NCBI GenBank assembly: GCA_002418285.1 | Contig: DIDT01000032.1 | Location: 78,737-142,736, forward strand | Source of the DNA: Phycisphaerales bacterium UBA5793 | GTDB taxonomy: Bacteria > Planctomycetota > Phycisphaerae > Phycisphaerales > UBA5793 | Direction: 5' to 3' | Length of the DNA stretch: 64,000 bases | In this document: piece by piece, positions 15,992 to 24,244 of the stretch | Numbering within the stretch: the stretch's first letter is position 1 | Layout of the letters: each line of letters begins with the position of its first letter | Notes under the pieces: model-generated | Told to the model about the DNA's origin: nothing | Databases searched by the model: none | What the model saw: the letters and a program-made list of their open reading frames with translations, nothing else | Made by a program: the position numbers and the translations under genes

Positions 15992-17450
15992 AATTCAACC
16001 CCGCGTAGAAGAAGTGGCGCGTGTCATCGTTGCCGGCCGGCATCGCATCGCCGGGGATGAACAGGCCGTAGCGCACGTCGAGCGACAGATCGCTGTAGAT
16101 CTGCCAGTCGACAAAGAAATCGAACTCAGCCCCGAGGAATCGCTCGCCGCCGGTCGTCGTGAAGCTGACCGGTGCGTTTGAATCGAGTTTGTGCAGCAGG
16201 TAGCCGTCCACGCCGACGCGCATCTTGTCGAAGATCCCCTGGCCGCGCCAGGGCGTGGCGCTCGCGCCCATGCGCAGCGTAAGCAGGTTCGAGAAGTTTG
16301 GCCCGAGCACCAGGCCGGTGTTGGCGTACCCCAGCGCGTTGAAGGCGTGATCCTTGGTTCCACTCTGGTTGCCGCCGAAGGTGTTGGACGTGTGCTGCCG
16401 ATCTGAATCGCCCGAGGCCGCCATCACTTCCCAGTCGAGTCGCACGCCGTTGGGTCGGCCCCAGCGCGGCGAGTAGATCATCCGCGCCGTCGCCGCCCAT
16501 GCGCTGATTGATTCCTCCGTCTGCGCGAGCGGCGCGAGCACCGGCGAGATGCTGCTGCTCAGCGATCGGCCGTACTCGTAGATGAATTCCGTCTGGTAGT
16601 AGAGTTCGGTGGTGAGTTCGCCGCTGCTGCCCACACCGAGGTAGCGCGAGTCGTAGTGGTATCGCGTGGGATACGGCGTGCCGAGGAGCAGCACCGTCTG
16701 GCGGTCGCGGTCGTTCTGATCCTGCTGGTCGAGGAAGAAGAAGTAGGGGCGGTGCTTGTCAAAACCCGTGTAGGTGAACATCAACCCCATGTAGCGCCGA
16801 TCGACATCGGTATCAAAGCCGGGCCGCGAGCTGTCGAAGTCCACCGGCGCCGTCGACGGGGTCAGGCCGATGAGGCCCATGACCTCGACATTGTGCAGCT
16901 CCATCGCGGCTTTGGCGGCGTAGAGATCTTCGCTCAGCACCAGACCCGTACCCCAGTTGATGAACTGCCGACCGGCCTGGAACCACACGTTGTCTCTTGA
17001 GCGCTCGCCGGTGTCGGCCATGTGGGCGGTGCGGTAGTCGAAGCGATACCAGTAGCGATCGCCGATCGGTTCGTCGAGGTTGTCGCCGCGTCCGTCGAAA
17101 CTGTCGCCGGTGTTGAAGTCGAGGTAGTTGAAGCGCAGGCGGCCGTAGACCTCGTGGCCGGCCATGGTGAAATCGGCCCAGAGTTTGGTGTCGCTCTGGC
17201 GGAGGATGCGCGTGCTGCTGGTGGCGTCGTCGCTGGCGACAAAGCCAAAGGTCGTGTAGCCGCCAAAAAGCAGCCGGCCGGATTCGCCGATCTCCAGATC
17301 TGCCGCCCCGACCTGGCGCGATCGCTCGATATCCTGGAGTGTGCGCTCCAGTCGTTCAAACGTCTGGGGATCCTGCCCGAGCGCCCGCTGAGCCGACCCG
17401 ACGGCGGGCATCGAAGCGACCAGACCCATCACAACCCATCGAACCCTCAT
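15981..17450 (-). CDS. Outer-membrane beta-barrel, alginate-export (AlgE)-like family
   Basis: Start moved to ATG 17450, giving the signal peptide MRVRWVVMGLVASMPAVGSAQ. Alternating beta-strand pattern throughout. FQAGRQFINWGTGLVLSE resembles the alginate-export family motif. C-terminal ...FFYAGLNYAF ends in Phe, as in OMP sorting signals. Confidence 0.7.
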   Translation of the reverse strand: MRVRWVVMGLVASMPAVGSAQRALGQDPQTFERLERTLQDIERSRQVGAADLEIGESGRLLFGGYTTFGFVASDDATSSTRILRQSDTKLWADFTMAGHEVYGRLRFNYLDFNTGDSFDGRGDNLDEPIGDRYWYRFDYRTAHMADTGERSRDNVWFQAGRQFINWGTGLVLSEDLYAAKAAMELHNVEVMGLIGLTPSTAPVDFDSSRPGFDTDVDRRYMGLMFTYTGFDKHRPYFFFLDQQDQNDRDRQTVLLLGTPYPTRYHYDSRYLGVGSSGELTTELYYQTEFIYEYGRSLSSSISPVLAPLAQTEESISAWAATARMIYSPRWGRPNGVRLDWEVMAASGDSDRQHTSNTFGGNQSGTKDHAFNALGYANTGLVLGPNFSNLLTLRMGASATPWRGQGIFDKMRVGVDGYLLHKLDSNAPVSFTTTGGERFLGAEFDFFVDWQIYSDLSLDVRYGLFIPGDAMPAGNDDTRHFFYAGLNYAF

Positions 17451-17570
17451 GCGGCGGCCTCCTGCATCACACATCGGTCGAGATCGGCGCGAGCGATGAG
17501 CGGTATCGTACCAGCCCGGCGGCCGAGTGCGAAATCGAGTCTGCCGGGCCCGGTCGCGGATCAATCTGTG

Positions 17571-18191
17571 TCAGGGCAGCGAGGCGGCAAACTCCTCCAG
17601 CCCGAGAAACTCGAGCATGTGCTGGTCGTAGACCTTGGCGTGCTCATCGCGCGACAGGTCGAGGCGGAGTTCGTTGATGACCTTTGTGCCCTGCATGACC
17701 CATTGCTGCCAGGTCTCTTTGGAGATGGTCTCGTAGATGCGCTGGCCGATAGGGCCGCGGAACGGGGGCTTGTCCAATTGCGTGCCGGGGCGGCCGGTGC
17801 GCTGGCAGATGAAGGCGCCCTCGGGGACGACGGGGTCGGGCGCGGCGTCTTTGACCTCGGGGATCGGGGCGCCGAGTTGCCTGGTGAGCATTTCGCCCAT
17901 GGCGTTACGCGGCATGAGATCGCCGCGTCGGGCCGCGACCGCGTAGCCGCGGGTGAGCAGCTCCTCCGCCTCGGCTTCCTGCCCCGCCTGGATCATGGCC
18001 TGGCCGGCGAGTTGATAGGCCTTGCTCATCTCGGGCTGGAGTTCGATGCAGCGCTGAAACGAGGGGATCGCCTCGCGGGCCTGGCCGGCCTGCAGCAGGG
18101 CGTTGCCGAGGCTGAAATGGGCCATCTCGTTGGTTGGGTCCGCCTCGGCCATGTTGCGGAACTGTGCAATTCGCTCGGCGCTGTCCATCAT
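17571..18191 (-). CDS. TPR repeat domain fused to YggX-type Fe(2+)-trafficking / oxidative-damage protection domain
   Basis: ATG 18191 or 18188 lies after GAGGAG. TPR-like N-terminal half: AHFSLGNALLQAGQAREAIPSFQRCIELQPEMSKAYQLAGQAMIQAGQ. The C-terminal half FICQRTGRPGTQLDKPPFRGPIGQRIYETISKETWQQWVMQGTKVINELRLDLSRDEHAKVYDQHMLEFLGL matches my recollection of E. coli YggX (...[32 protein letters not shown]...). Confidence 0.8.
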   Translation of the reverse strand: MMDSAERIAQFRNMAEADPTNEMAHFSLGNALLQAGQAREAIPSFQRCIELQPEMSKAYQLAGQAMIQAGQEAEAEELLTRGYAVAARRGDLMPRNAMGEMLTRQLGAPIPEVKDAAPDPVVPEGAFICQRTGRPGTQLDKPPFRGPIGQRIYETISKETWQQWVMQGTKVINELRLDLSRDEHAKVYDQHMLEFLGLEEFAASLP

Positions 18192-18562
18192 CACTCCTCG
18201 GTTTGCTGGGGGCAAAGGGGATTATAGCGAAGCGGCGTCGCCGCCCGGCGCGGCTGGCGCGACAGATCGGGCGTTGCAACCCGCACCGGGCCCTGCTTGG
18301 GGACGATGTACGCCACTTCAGCCAGGAGCAACACGCGGCAACTCAAAAGACTGTCCCATGTCGTCACCCTCGCCACGGATGGCAACGGAGTTGCCGGTCT
18401 GTCGTCAGACGTCCCATCCATCGCCCGCAACAAGTCAATCCTCTTCCAGGCCGTGGTGCAGGGGGAGTGTGCGATCAGCCAACTGGTGGTCCATCGGTTT
18501 GAGTAGAGGCTGCCGCGATGCGGTGTTTCGCCACAAGCCGATTTCGTCGATCAAACGCAAAC

Positions 18563-18589
18563 GGCCCGGACGACAAACTCGTCCGGGCC
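18563..18589 (-). terminator. Intrinsic terminator of korAB
   Basis: Perfect 10-bp stem GGCCCGGACG / CGTCCGGGCC with a 7-nt loop, 27 nt downstream of the korB stop. On the minus strand it is followed by GTTTGCGTTTG. Confidence 0.6.
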
Positions 18590-18615
18590 GTGTGTGTTCT
18601 TGTCGCAGCGTTGTG

Positions 18616-19641
18616 TTACTCGCTGACGGTCCACATCGAACCCGAGTGGATGAGTTTTTCGAGATCGCCCTCGCCGCGCTGCTCGAGGGCTTTGTTGACC
18701 TGGGCCATCATCATCTCTTCGTAGCAGGGCTTCTGGATGCGGTGAAACACGCCAACCGGCTCGGGCATGCCCTGCTGGTGGCTCATGCGGCTGAGCAGGA
18801 ACGCCAGTGCTGGATCCGTCTCGTCGTGGAAGAGCAGGTCGTCTTCCTTCACCTTGTCGAGGCTGACCACTTCGAGGCGCGTGCTGTTGAGGCGGATGCC
18901 CTTGTCGCGGTTGTTGCCAAAGACGAGCGGCTTGCCATGCTCGAGCAGGACGGTCGTCTCGCGGGCCGTGTCTTTTTCGGTGGCGTAGAAGAATGCCTGG
19001 TGATTGAAGACGTTGCAGTCCTGGTAGATCTCGATGAACGCGCTGCCGCGGTGATTGGCGGCGGCCTTGAGGACGTCGCCGAGGATGTTCAGCCCGCCCT
19101 TGTTCACGTCGGTGCATCGCGCGACAAAGGTCGCCTCGACACCCAGCGCGAAACTGATGGGGTGGATCGGATGGTCGATCGAACCCATCGGCGTGGACTT
19201 GGTTTTGTGGCCCTCGAGGCTGGTGGGGGAGTACTGCCCCTTGGTCAGGCCGTAGATGCGGTTGTTGAACAGCAGCACCTTGAGGTTCACGTTGCGGCGA
19301 AGCATGTGAATCATGTGATTGCCGCCGATCGACAGGCCGTCGCCGTCGCCGGTCACCAGCCAGACGTCAAGATTCGGGTTGGCGGCCTTGACGCCGGTCG
19401 CGACGGCCGGGGCGCGGCCATGAATGCCGTGGATGCCGTACGTGCCCATGTAGTAGGGGAAGCGGCTTGAACAGCCGATGCCCGACACGAAGACGTAGTT
19501 CTCTCTGCGGTGCTGCAGATCGGGCAGCGCCTTGCGGACGGCGGCGAGGATGGCGTAGTCGCCGCAACCCGGGCACCAGCGCACTTCCTGGTCGGTGGCA
19601 AAGTCTTTGGCGGTGTACTTGGGAAGTTCGATCTGCGTCAT
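18616..19641 (-). CDS. korB: 2-oxoglutarate/2-oxoacid:ferredoxin oxidoreductase, beta (TPP-binding) subunit
   Basis: MTQIELPKYTAKDFATDQEVRWCPGCGDYAIL..., GIGCSSRFPYY, VTGDGDGLSIGGNH. Confidence 0.92.
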   Translation of the reverse strand: MTQIELPKYTAKDFATDQEVRWCPGCGDYAILAAVRKALPDLQHRRENYVFVSGIGCSSRFPYYMGTYGIHGIHGRAPAVATGVKAANPNLDVWLVTGDGDGLSIGGNHMIHMLRRNVNLKVLLFNNRIYGLTKGQYSPTSLEGHKTKSTPMGSIDHPIHPISFALGVEATFVARCTDVNKGGLNILGDVLKAAANHRGSAFIEIYQDCNVFNHQAFFYATEKDTARETTVLLEHGKPLVFGNNRDKGIRLNSTRLEVVSLDKVKEDDLLFHDETDPALAFLLSRMSHQQGMPEPVGVFHRIQKPCYEEMMMAQVNKALEQRGEGDLEKLIHSGSMWTVSE

Positions 19642-19734
19642 GTGAATCTCGATTCGGTCGTTTGATTGGTCGGCCCTGCAGCGGCCGGTTGGTTCATGCT
19701 CTCAGTCGGCTTGCTCTGGCGGGGTACGCGCCAC

Positions 19735-21639
19735 TCATTTCCTGGGCAGCAGGCTTTCCACCTCGGCGACAAGCTCGGCGACGAGGAAGGGCTTGCCCTG
19801 CACCTTGTTGATGCCCTTGGCGTCGACGAGGTAGTGCTCGCGAATGAGGCGGATGAGTTGGCCCTTGTTCAGTTCGGGCACGACGATGGTCTTGAACCGC
19901 TTGATGATGGCGCCCAGGTCGGGCGGCAGCGGGTTGATGTGGCGGAGGTGAATCGTGCCGACCTTGTGCTCCCGTGCGAGGAGGCGTTCGGTGGCGGCAT
20001 GGATCGCACCATAGGTTCCACCCCAGCCGATGATGAGTACGTCGCCGCTGTCGGCCCCAAAGATCTCGGTGGGCGGAATGTCCTGCGCGGACTTTTCGAC
20101 CTTCTGCTGGCGCAGGTTAATCATGCGCTGGTGGTTCGCCGGGTCGTAGCTGACATTGCCGGTGTTCTCCGCTTTCTCGAGACCACCGATGCGGTGTTCG
20201 AGATTGGCGGTGCCGGGGATCGCCCAGGGACGGGCGAGGTTCTCGTTGCGCAGGTATGGCCAGTAGACGTTGTTGCCCTCGCCGTCGTGATCGTCGGCGT
20301 GAGCGTTGAATTCAGTGGCGTACTTGACGGCGATTGGCTCGAGGTCGGCCACGTGGGGCAGCAGCCAGGGCTCAGCGCCGTTGGCGATGTAGCCGTCGGT
20401 GAGCAGCATCACCGGGGTCATGTACTTGACGGCCAGTCGCACGGCCTCGACCGCGGCGTCAAAGCAGTCGCCGGGGCCCTTGGCGGCGATCACGATAACC
20501 GGGCACTCGCCGTTGCGGCCGTAGACGGCTTGGAGCAGGTCGGCCTGTTCGGTCTTGGTGGGCAGACCGGTGCTCGGTCCGCCGCGCTGCACGTTGACGA
20601 TGACGACCGGCAGTTCGGTCATGACCGCCAATCCGATGCCCTCGCCCTTGAGCGCGATGCCCGGTCCGCTGCTGGCGGTGACGGCGATGTCGCCGGTGTA
20701 CGCTGCGCCAATGGTGGCGCAGATCGCGGCGATCTCATCTTCCATCTGCAGCGTCTTGACGTGGTAGTTCTTGTAGGCGCTGAGGAAGTGCAAAATGTCC
20801 GACGCCGGCGTGATGGGGTAGCCGGCGTAGGTGAGGTCGGTCTTGGCGAGTCGAGCGCCGGCAATGAGGCCCAGCGCCGTGGCCTCGTTGCCGGAAATCT
20901 GCCGGTACTGGCCCGGTGCGAGCTTGGCCTTGGGCACGACGTACCGGTTCTGGAACATCTCGGCCGTCTCACCCATGTAGTAGCCGGCCTTGAGCGCCTT
21001 GATGTTCATCTCAGCCATCTCGGGCTGGTTCTTGCGCTTCGCGAACAGGTTGGTGAGATGTTGGATCGTCGGCTCGAGCGAGCGGTCAAAGAGCCAGTAC
21101 ACGATGCCGAGCGTGTACATGTTCTTGGCGCGGCCGATGGCTTTGGATCCCATGCCCGTCTCGGCGAGCGATTCATCGCAGAGGCGCGAAATCGGAATCT
21201 TGTAGAGTTTGTACTCGTCGAGTGAGCCGTCTTCGAGCGGGTTGCTGGTGTAGCCGGCTTTCTTGAGATTGTTGTTGTTGAATGCGTCTTCGTTGACGAT
21301 GAGAATGCCGCCGCCCTTGAGATCGGCGACGTTGGTCTTCAGCCCTGCGGGGTTCATCGCCACGAGCACGTCGACCTTGTCGCCGGGAGTGAAGATGTCG
21401 GTGCTGGCGAAGTTGACCTGGAAGCCCGACACGCCCGGGAGCGTGCCGGCTGGGGCGCGGATTTCGGCGGGGAAGTCGGGGAACGTCGACACGTCGTTGC
21501 CGAACACGGCGGAGGTGGTGGTAAACTCGCCACCGGTGAGTTGCATGCCGTCACCCGAGTCACCACAGAATCGAATGACGGCGCCCTCGAGTGTTTCAGT
21601 GGCGAATTGACGATCGACGGCCGTTGCTGGCGTGTTCAT
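19735..21639 (-). CDS. korA: 2-oxoglutarate/2-oxoacid:ferredoxin oxidoreductase, alpha subunit (fused gamma-alpha type)
   Basis: Start moved to ATG 21639 (MNTPATAVDRQF...IRFCGDSGDGMQLTGGEFT...). The track start at 21816 adds 59 non-homologous residues. Confidence 0.92.
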   Translation of the reverse strand: MNTPATAVDRQFATETLEGAVIRFCGDSGDGMQLTGGEFTTTSAVFGNDVSTFPDFPAEIRAPAGTLPGVSGFQVNFASTDIFTPGDKVDVLVAMNPAGLKTNVADLKGGGILIVNEDAFNNNNLKKAGYTSNPLEDGSLDEYKLYKIPISRLCDESLAETGMGSKAIGRAKNMYTLGIVYWLFDRSLEPTIQHLTNLFAKRKNQPEMAEMNIKALKAGYYMGETAEMFQNRYVVPKAKLAPGQYRQISGNEATALGLIAGARLAKTDLTYAGYPITPASDILHFLSAYKNYHVKTLQMEDEIAAICATIGAAYTGDIAVTASSGPGIALKGEGIGLAVMTELPVVIVNVQRGGPSTGLPTKTEQADLLQAVYGRNGECPVIVIAAKGPGDCFDAAVEAVRLAVKYMTPVMLLTDGYIANGAEPWLLPHVADLEPIAVKYATEFNAHADDHDGEGNNVYWPYLRNENLARPWAIPGTANLEHRIGGLEKAENTGNVSYDPANHQRMINLRQQKVEKSAQDIPPTEIFGADSGDVLIIGWGGTYGAIHAATERLLAREHKVGTIHLRHINPLPPDLGAIIKRFKTIVVPELNKGQLIRLIREHYLVDAKGINKVQGKPFLVAELVAEVESLLPRK

Positions 21640-21882
21640 GAGTGGCGACGTCCTTACTCTTCGCGTGATGCGTTGTCGGTACAAAGACCCAGGTGCTGTC
21701 CCGTCAGCGGGAAGCCGGCCGAGTGCCAGTGCGGTGCTCGGATTCGTGTGGCCCGCCAACCCAGATAATCCGCAACTATAGGAGGGGCCATCGGCTTTCG
21801 GGAAGCAGGAGAACACCTTAACAAAGGGTTCGCCGCCTCCATCCGCGCCTTTCAGGAAGACGCCTGAGAATCCGCCGCCCGT

Positions 21883-23136
21883 TCAGCAGGTGACGACGCC
21901 GGGCTTGACGCTTTCCCACGCCGCTTTCATCTCCTCGGCGGTAATCGGTTTGCGGGTGTCCATCATCCGAATGAAGCAGTCGAACAGGTACGCCGCGTCG
22001 TGGGGACCCGGCGATGCCTCCGGATGGTACTGCACGGCAAGGATGGGCTTGCTCCGGTGCCTGAACCCCGCAAGCGTGTCGTCGTTGAGGTTCACATGCG
22101 TCGGTTCGCAGTCGGCATCGCGCATCGAATCCGTCTCGACGGCAAAGCCGTGGTTCTGGCTGGTGATCTCCACGTGACCGGTGAGCAGATTCTTGACGGG
22201 CTGGTTCGCTCCGCGGTGGCCGAACTTTAGTTTGTAGGTCTGCGCGCCCAGCGCCAGGCAGAGCAGTTGATGCCCGAGGCAAATGCCAAACGTCGGCACT
22301 TCGCCCGCGACTTCGCGGAGCGTGTTGATCGTCGCATCGACGGCCGCCGGATCACCGGGGCCGTTGCTGACAAACAGGCCGTCGGGTTTGAGCTGACGAA
22401 TGGCGTCGGCAGACGTGTCGTAGGGCACCACCTTCACTTCGCAGCCGCGCTCGACGAGGTGGCGCAGAATGTTTTGCTTGGCGCCGCAGTCGATGGCGAC
22501 CACGCGCCGTGTGCGCGTCTTGCCATGCGGCGAGCGCTCGTCGGTCATGCCGGCCCAATGACCGAGGTTCTGCGACCAGCCGTATCCTTCATTGACGCTG
22601 ACGCCGGCGGCCAGATTGCTTCCAGACATGGCCGGGCTGGCCTTGGCCTGCGCAACCAGTTGTTCGTCGGTCAGTGAATCATCAGCACTCAGCACGCCGC
22701 GCATGGCGCCCTCAGTGCGCAGCCTTCGTGTGAGTGCTCGGGTGTCGATGCCTTCGACAGCCAGCACGCCCGATTTGGCCAGCCACGTCGAGAGATCGAT
22801 CGTCGCGCGGTGGTTGCTCACAATGCGGCTCAACTCGCGCACCACGAACCCCGCCACCTGGATCGTCTTGCTTTCCATGTCCTCCGGATTCACGCCGTAA
22901 TTGCCGATGAGCGGAGCAGTCATCGTCAGAATCTGGCCGGCGTAGGAGGGATCGGTGAGCGATTCCTGGTAGCCGCACATGGCCGTATTGAACACGACCT
23001 CACCCGGTACAGTGAGCGGTTTTCCGGCAGCGTCGGAGGTTGCGCCGAAGGCCCTGCCGTGGAAGATGGTGCCGTCTTCAAGGGCCAGGCGGGCGGCGCG
23101 CCGATCGGGAATCTCGTTGCTGTGCTTCGGGCTCAT
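21883..23136 (-). CDS. carA: Carbamoyl-phosphate synthase small (glutaminase) subunit
   Basis: ATG 23136 lies after GGAGA. LALEDGTIFHGRAFGA..., amidotransferase FGICLGHQLL...QNHGFAV...VQYHPEASPGPHD. Confidence 0.93.
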   Translation of the reverse strand: MSPKHSNEIPDRRAARLALEDGTIFHGRAFGATSDAAGKPLTVPGEVVFNTAMCGYQESLTDPSYAGQILTMTAPLIGNYGVNPEDMESKTIQVAGFVVRELSRIVSNHRATIDLSTWLAKSGVLAVEGIDTRALTRRLRTEGAMRGVLSADDSLTDEQLVAQAKASPAMSGSNLAAGVSVNEGYGWSQNLGHWAGMTDERSPHGKTRTRRVVAIDCGAKQNILRHLVERGCEVKVVPYDTSADAIRQLKPDGLFVSNGPGDPAAVDATINTLREVAGEVPTFGICLGHQLLCLALGAQTYKLKFGHRGANQPVKNLLTGHVEITSQNHGFAVETDSMRDADCEPTHVNLNDDTLAGFRHRSKPILAVQYHPEASPGPHDAAYLFDCFIRMMDTRKPITAEEMKAAWESVKPGVVTC

Positions 23137-23236
23137 GTTTTCTCCGGAAGATTCAATGCGCGCCGGCGGCAACTGACCAACGTCCGTGAAGATTAGCGGC
23201 CTCGCCGGCGACGTCAGCCTACCCATTGCACACCGA

Positions 23237-24175
23237 CTACATCTCAACCCGCCCGATTAGTTCGCTCACGCTTCGGCAACCCTGCCTGGCAACCCATTGC
23301 GCCAGCCCCGCAACCACCTTAAGGGGCAATCTCGGATCGACAAACAGCGCGGTGCCCATGCCAACGGCGGTCGCGCCCGCGAGGATGAACTCAGCCGCAT
23401 CCTCCCAGCGCATCACGCCGCCGAGACCGATGATCGGCTTGCCGGCCTTCCGGGCCACCGTCTGGTAGACATCGCGCACCATGCGCACTGCGATGGGGTG
23501 GATGCCCGGCCCGCTGTACCCTGCCGTCCCGTTGGCGATGCGCGGCTTGCGCGTGTGCACGTCGATCGAGAGCGCTGTGAACGTGTTGATCAGTGTCAAC
23601 GCATCGGCGCCGCTTTCAACGGCGGCCTCGGCCATCTTGACGATCGACGGGGCATTCGGACTCAACTTGACGATGAGTTTCGATTGCGTGATCGCCGGCC
23701 GCACTTCTGCCAGCAAGGCGCGCAACGAATCGGGATCCTCGCCGAAGATCAATCCATCGGCGGTGTTCGGACAACTGACGTTGAGTTCGATGGCTGGAAT
23801 GTGCGGCGAGGCGTCAAATGCACTCGCCACCTTGACGTAGTCGTCAATCCCGTTGCCCGCGACCGAGCCGATGACCGTCGCGGGGCACGACGCCGCGCGC
23901 GGCAACTGCTCGCGCACAAAAGCGTCAATACCCATGTTCGCCAGGCCGATGGCGTTGAGCATTCCCGCTGGGGAATCGAGAATCCTCCAGGGCTTGTTGC
24001 CCTCGCGCGGCTCCGCGGTGATGGACTTGGTCACGACCGCGCCGATGCGCGAGAGGTCCAGCACATCGGCCATCTCATCGACGTAGCCGCACGTCCCGGC
24101 CGCCAACACGACGGGGTTGTGCAGAGAGATTCCGCAGAGATCCGTCGTCAAACTGGTGGGCGTCGGTTCAGCCAT
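23237..24175 (-). CDS. pyrD: Dihydroorotate dehydrogenase, class 1 catalytic subunit
   Basis: LHNPVVLAAGTCGY..., MLNAIGLANMGIDAF, ELNVSCPNT (a Cys base indicates class 1), IIGLGGV. Confidence 0.9.
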   Translation of the reverse strand: MAEPTPTSLTTDLCGISLHNPVVLAAGTCGYVDEMADVLDLSRIGAVVTKSITAEPREGNKPWRILDSPAGMLNAIGLANMGIDAFVREQLPRAASCPATVIGSVAGNGIDDYVKVASAFDASPHIPAIELNVSCPNTADGLIFGEDPDSLRALLAEVRPAITQSKLIVKLSPNAPSIVKMAEAAVESGADALTLINTFTALSIDVHTRKPRIANGTAGYSGPGIHPIAVRMVRDVYQTVARKAGKPIIGLGGVMRWEDAAEFILAGATAVGMGTALFVDPRLPLKVVAGLAQWVARQGCRSVSELIGRVEM

Positions 24176-24244
24176 GCGCTGGGGCGATCGCTGCGATGGT
24201 AGTGCCGTCGGCGGGCATCGCCTTTTGAATTGCCCGCAGGCTCG

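Noticed and set aside
19666-21225. 519-aa + strand ORF
   Set aside because: Antisense to korA. It has Val/Gly/Asp/Arg-rich low-information sequence and no motifs.
21654-21842. 62-aa - strand ORF in the korA upstream spacer
   Set aside because: Third-position GC is only about 60 % by hand count, below confirmed genes. There is no RBS and no motif. It is more likely the 5' leader or promoter region of korAB.
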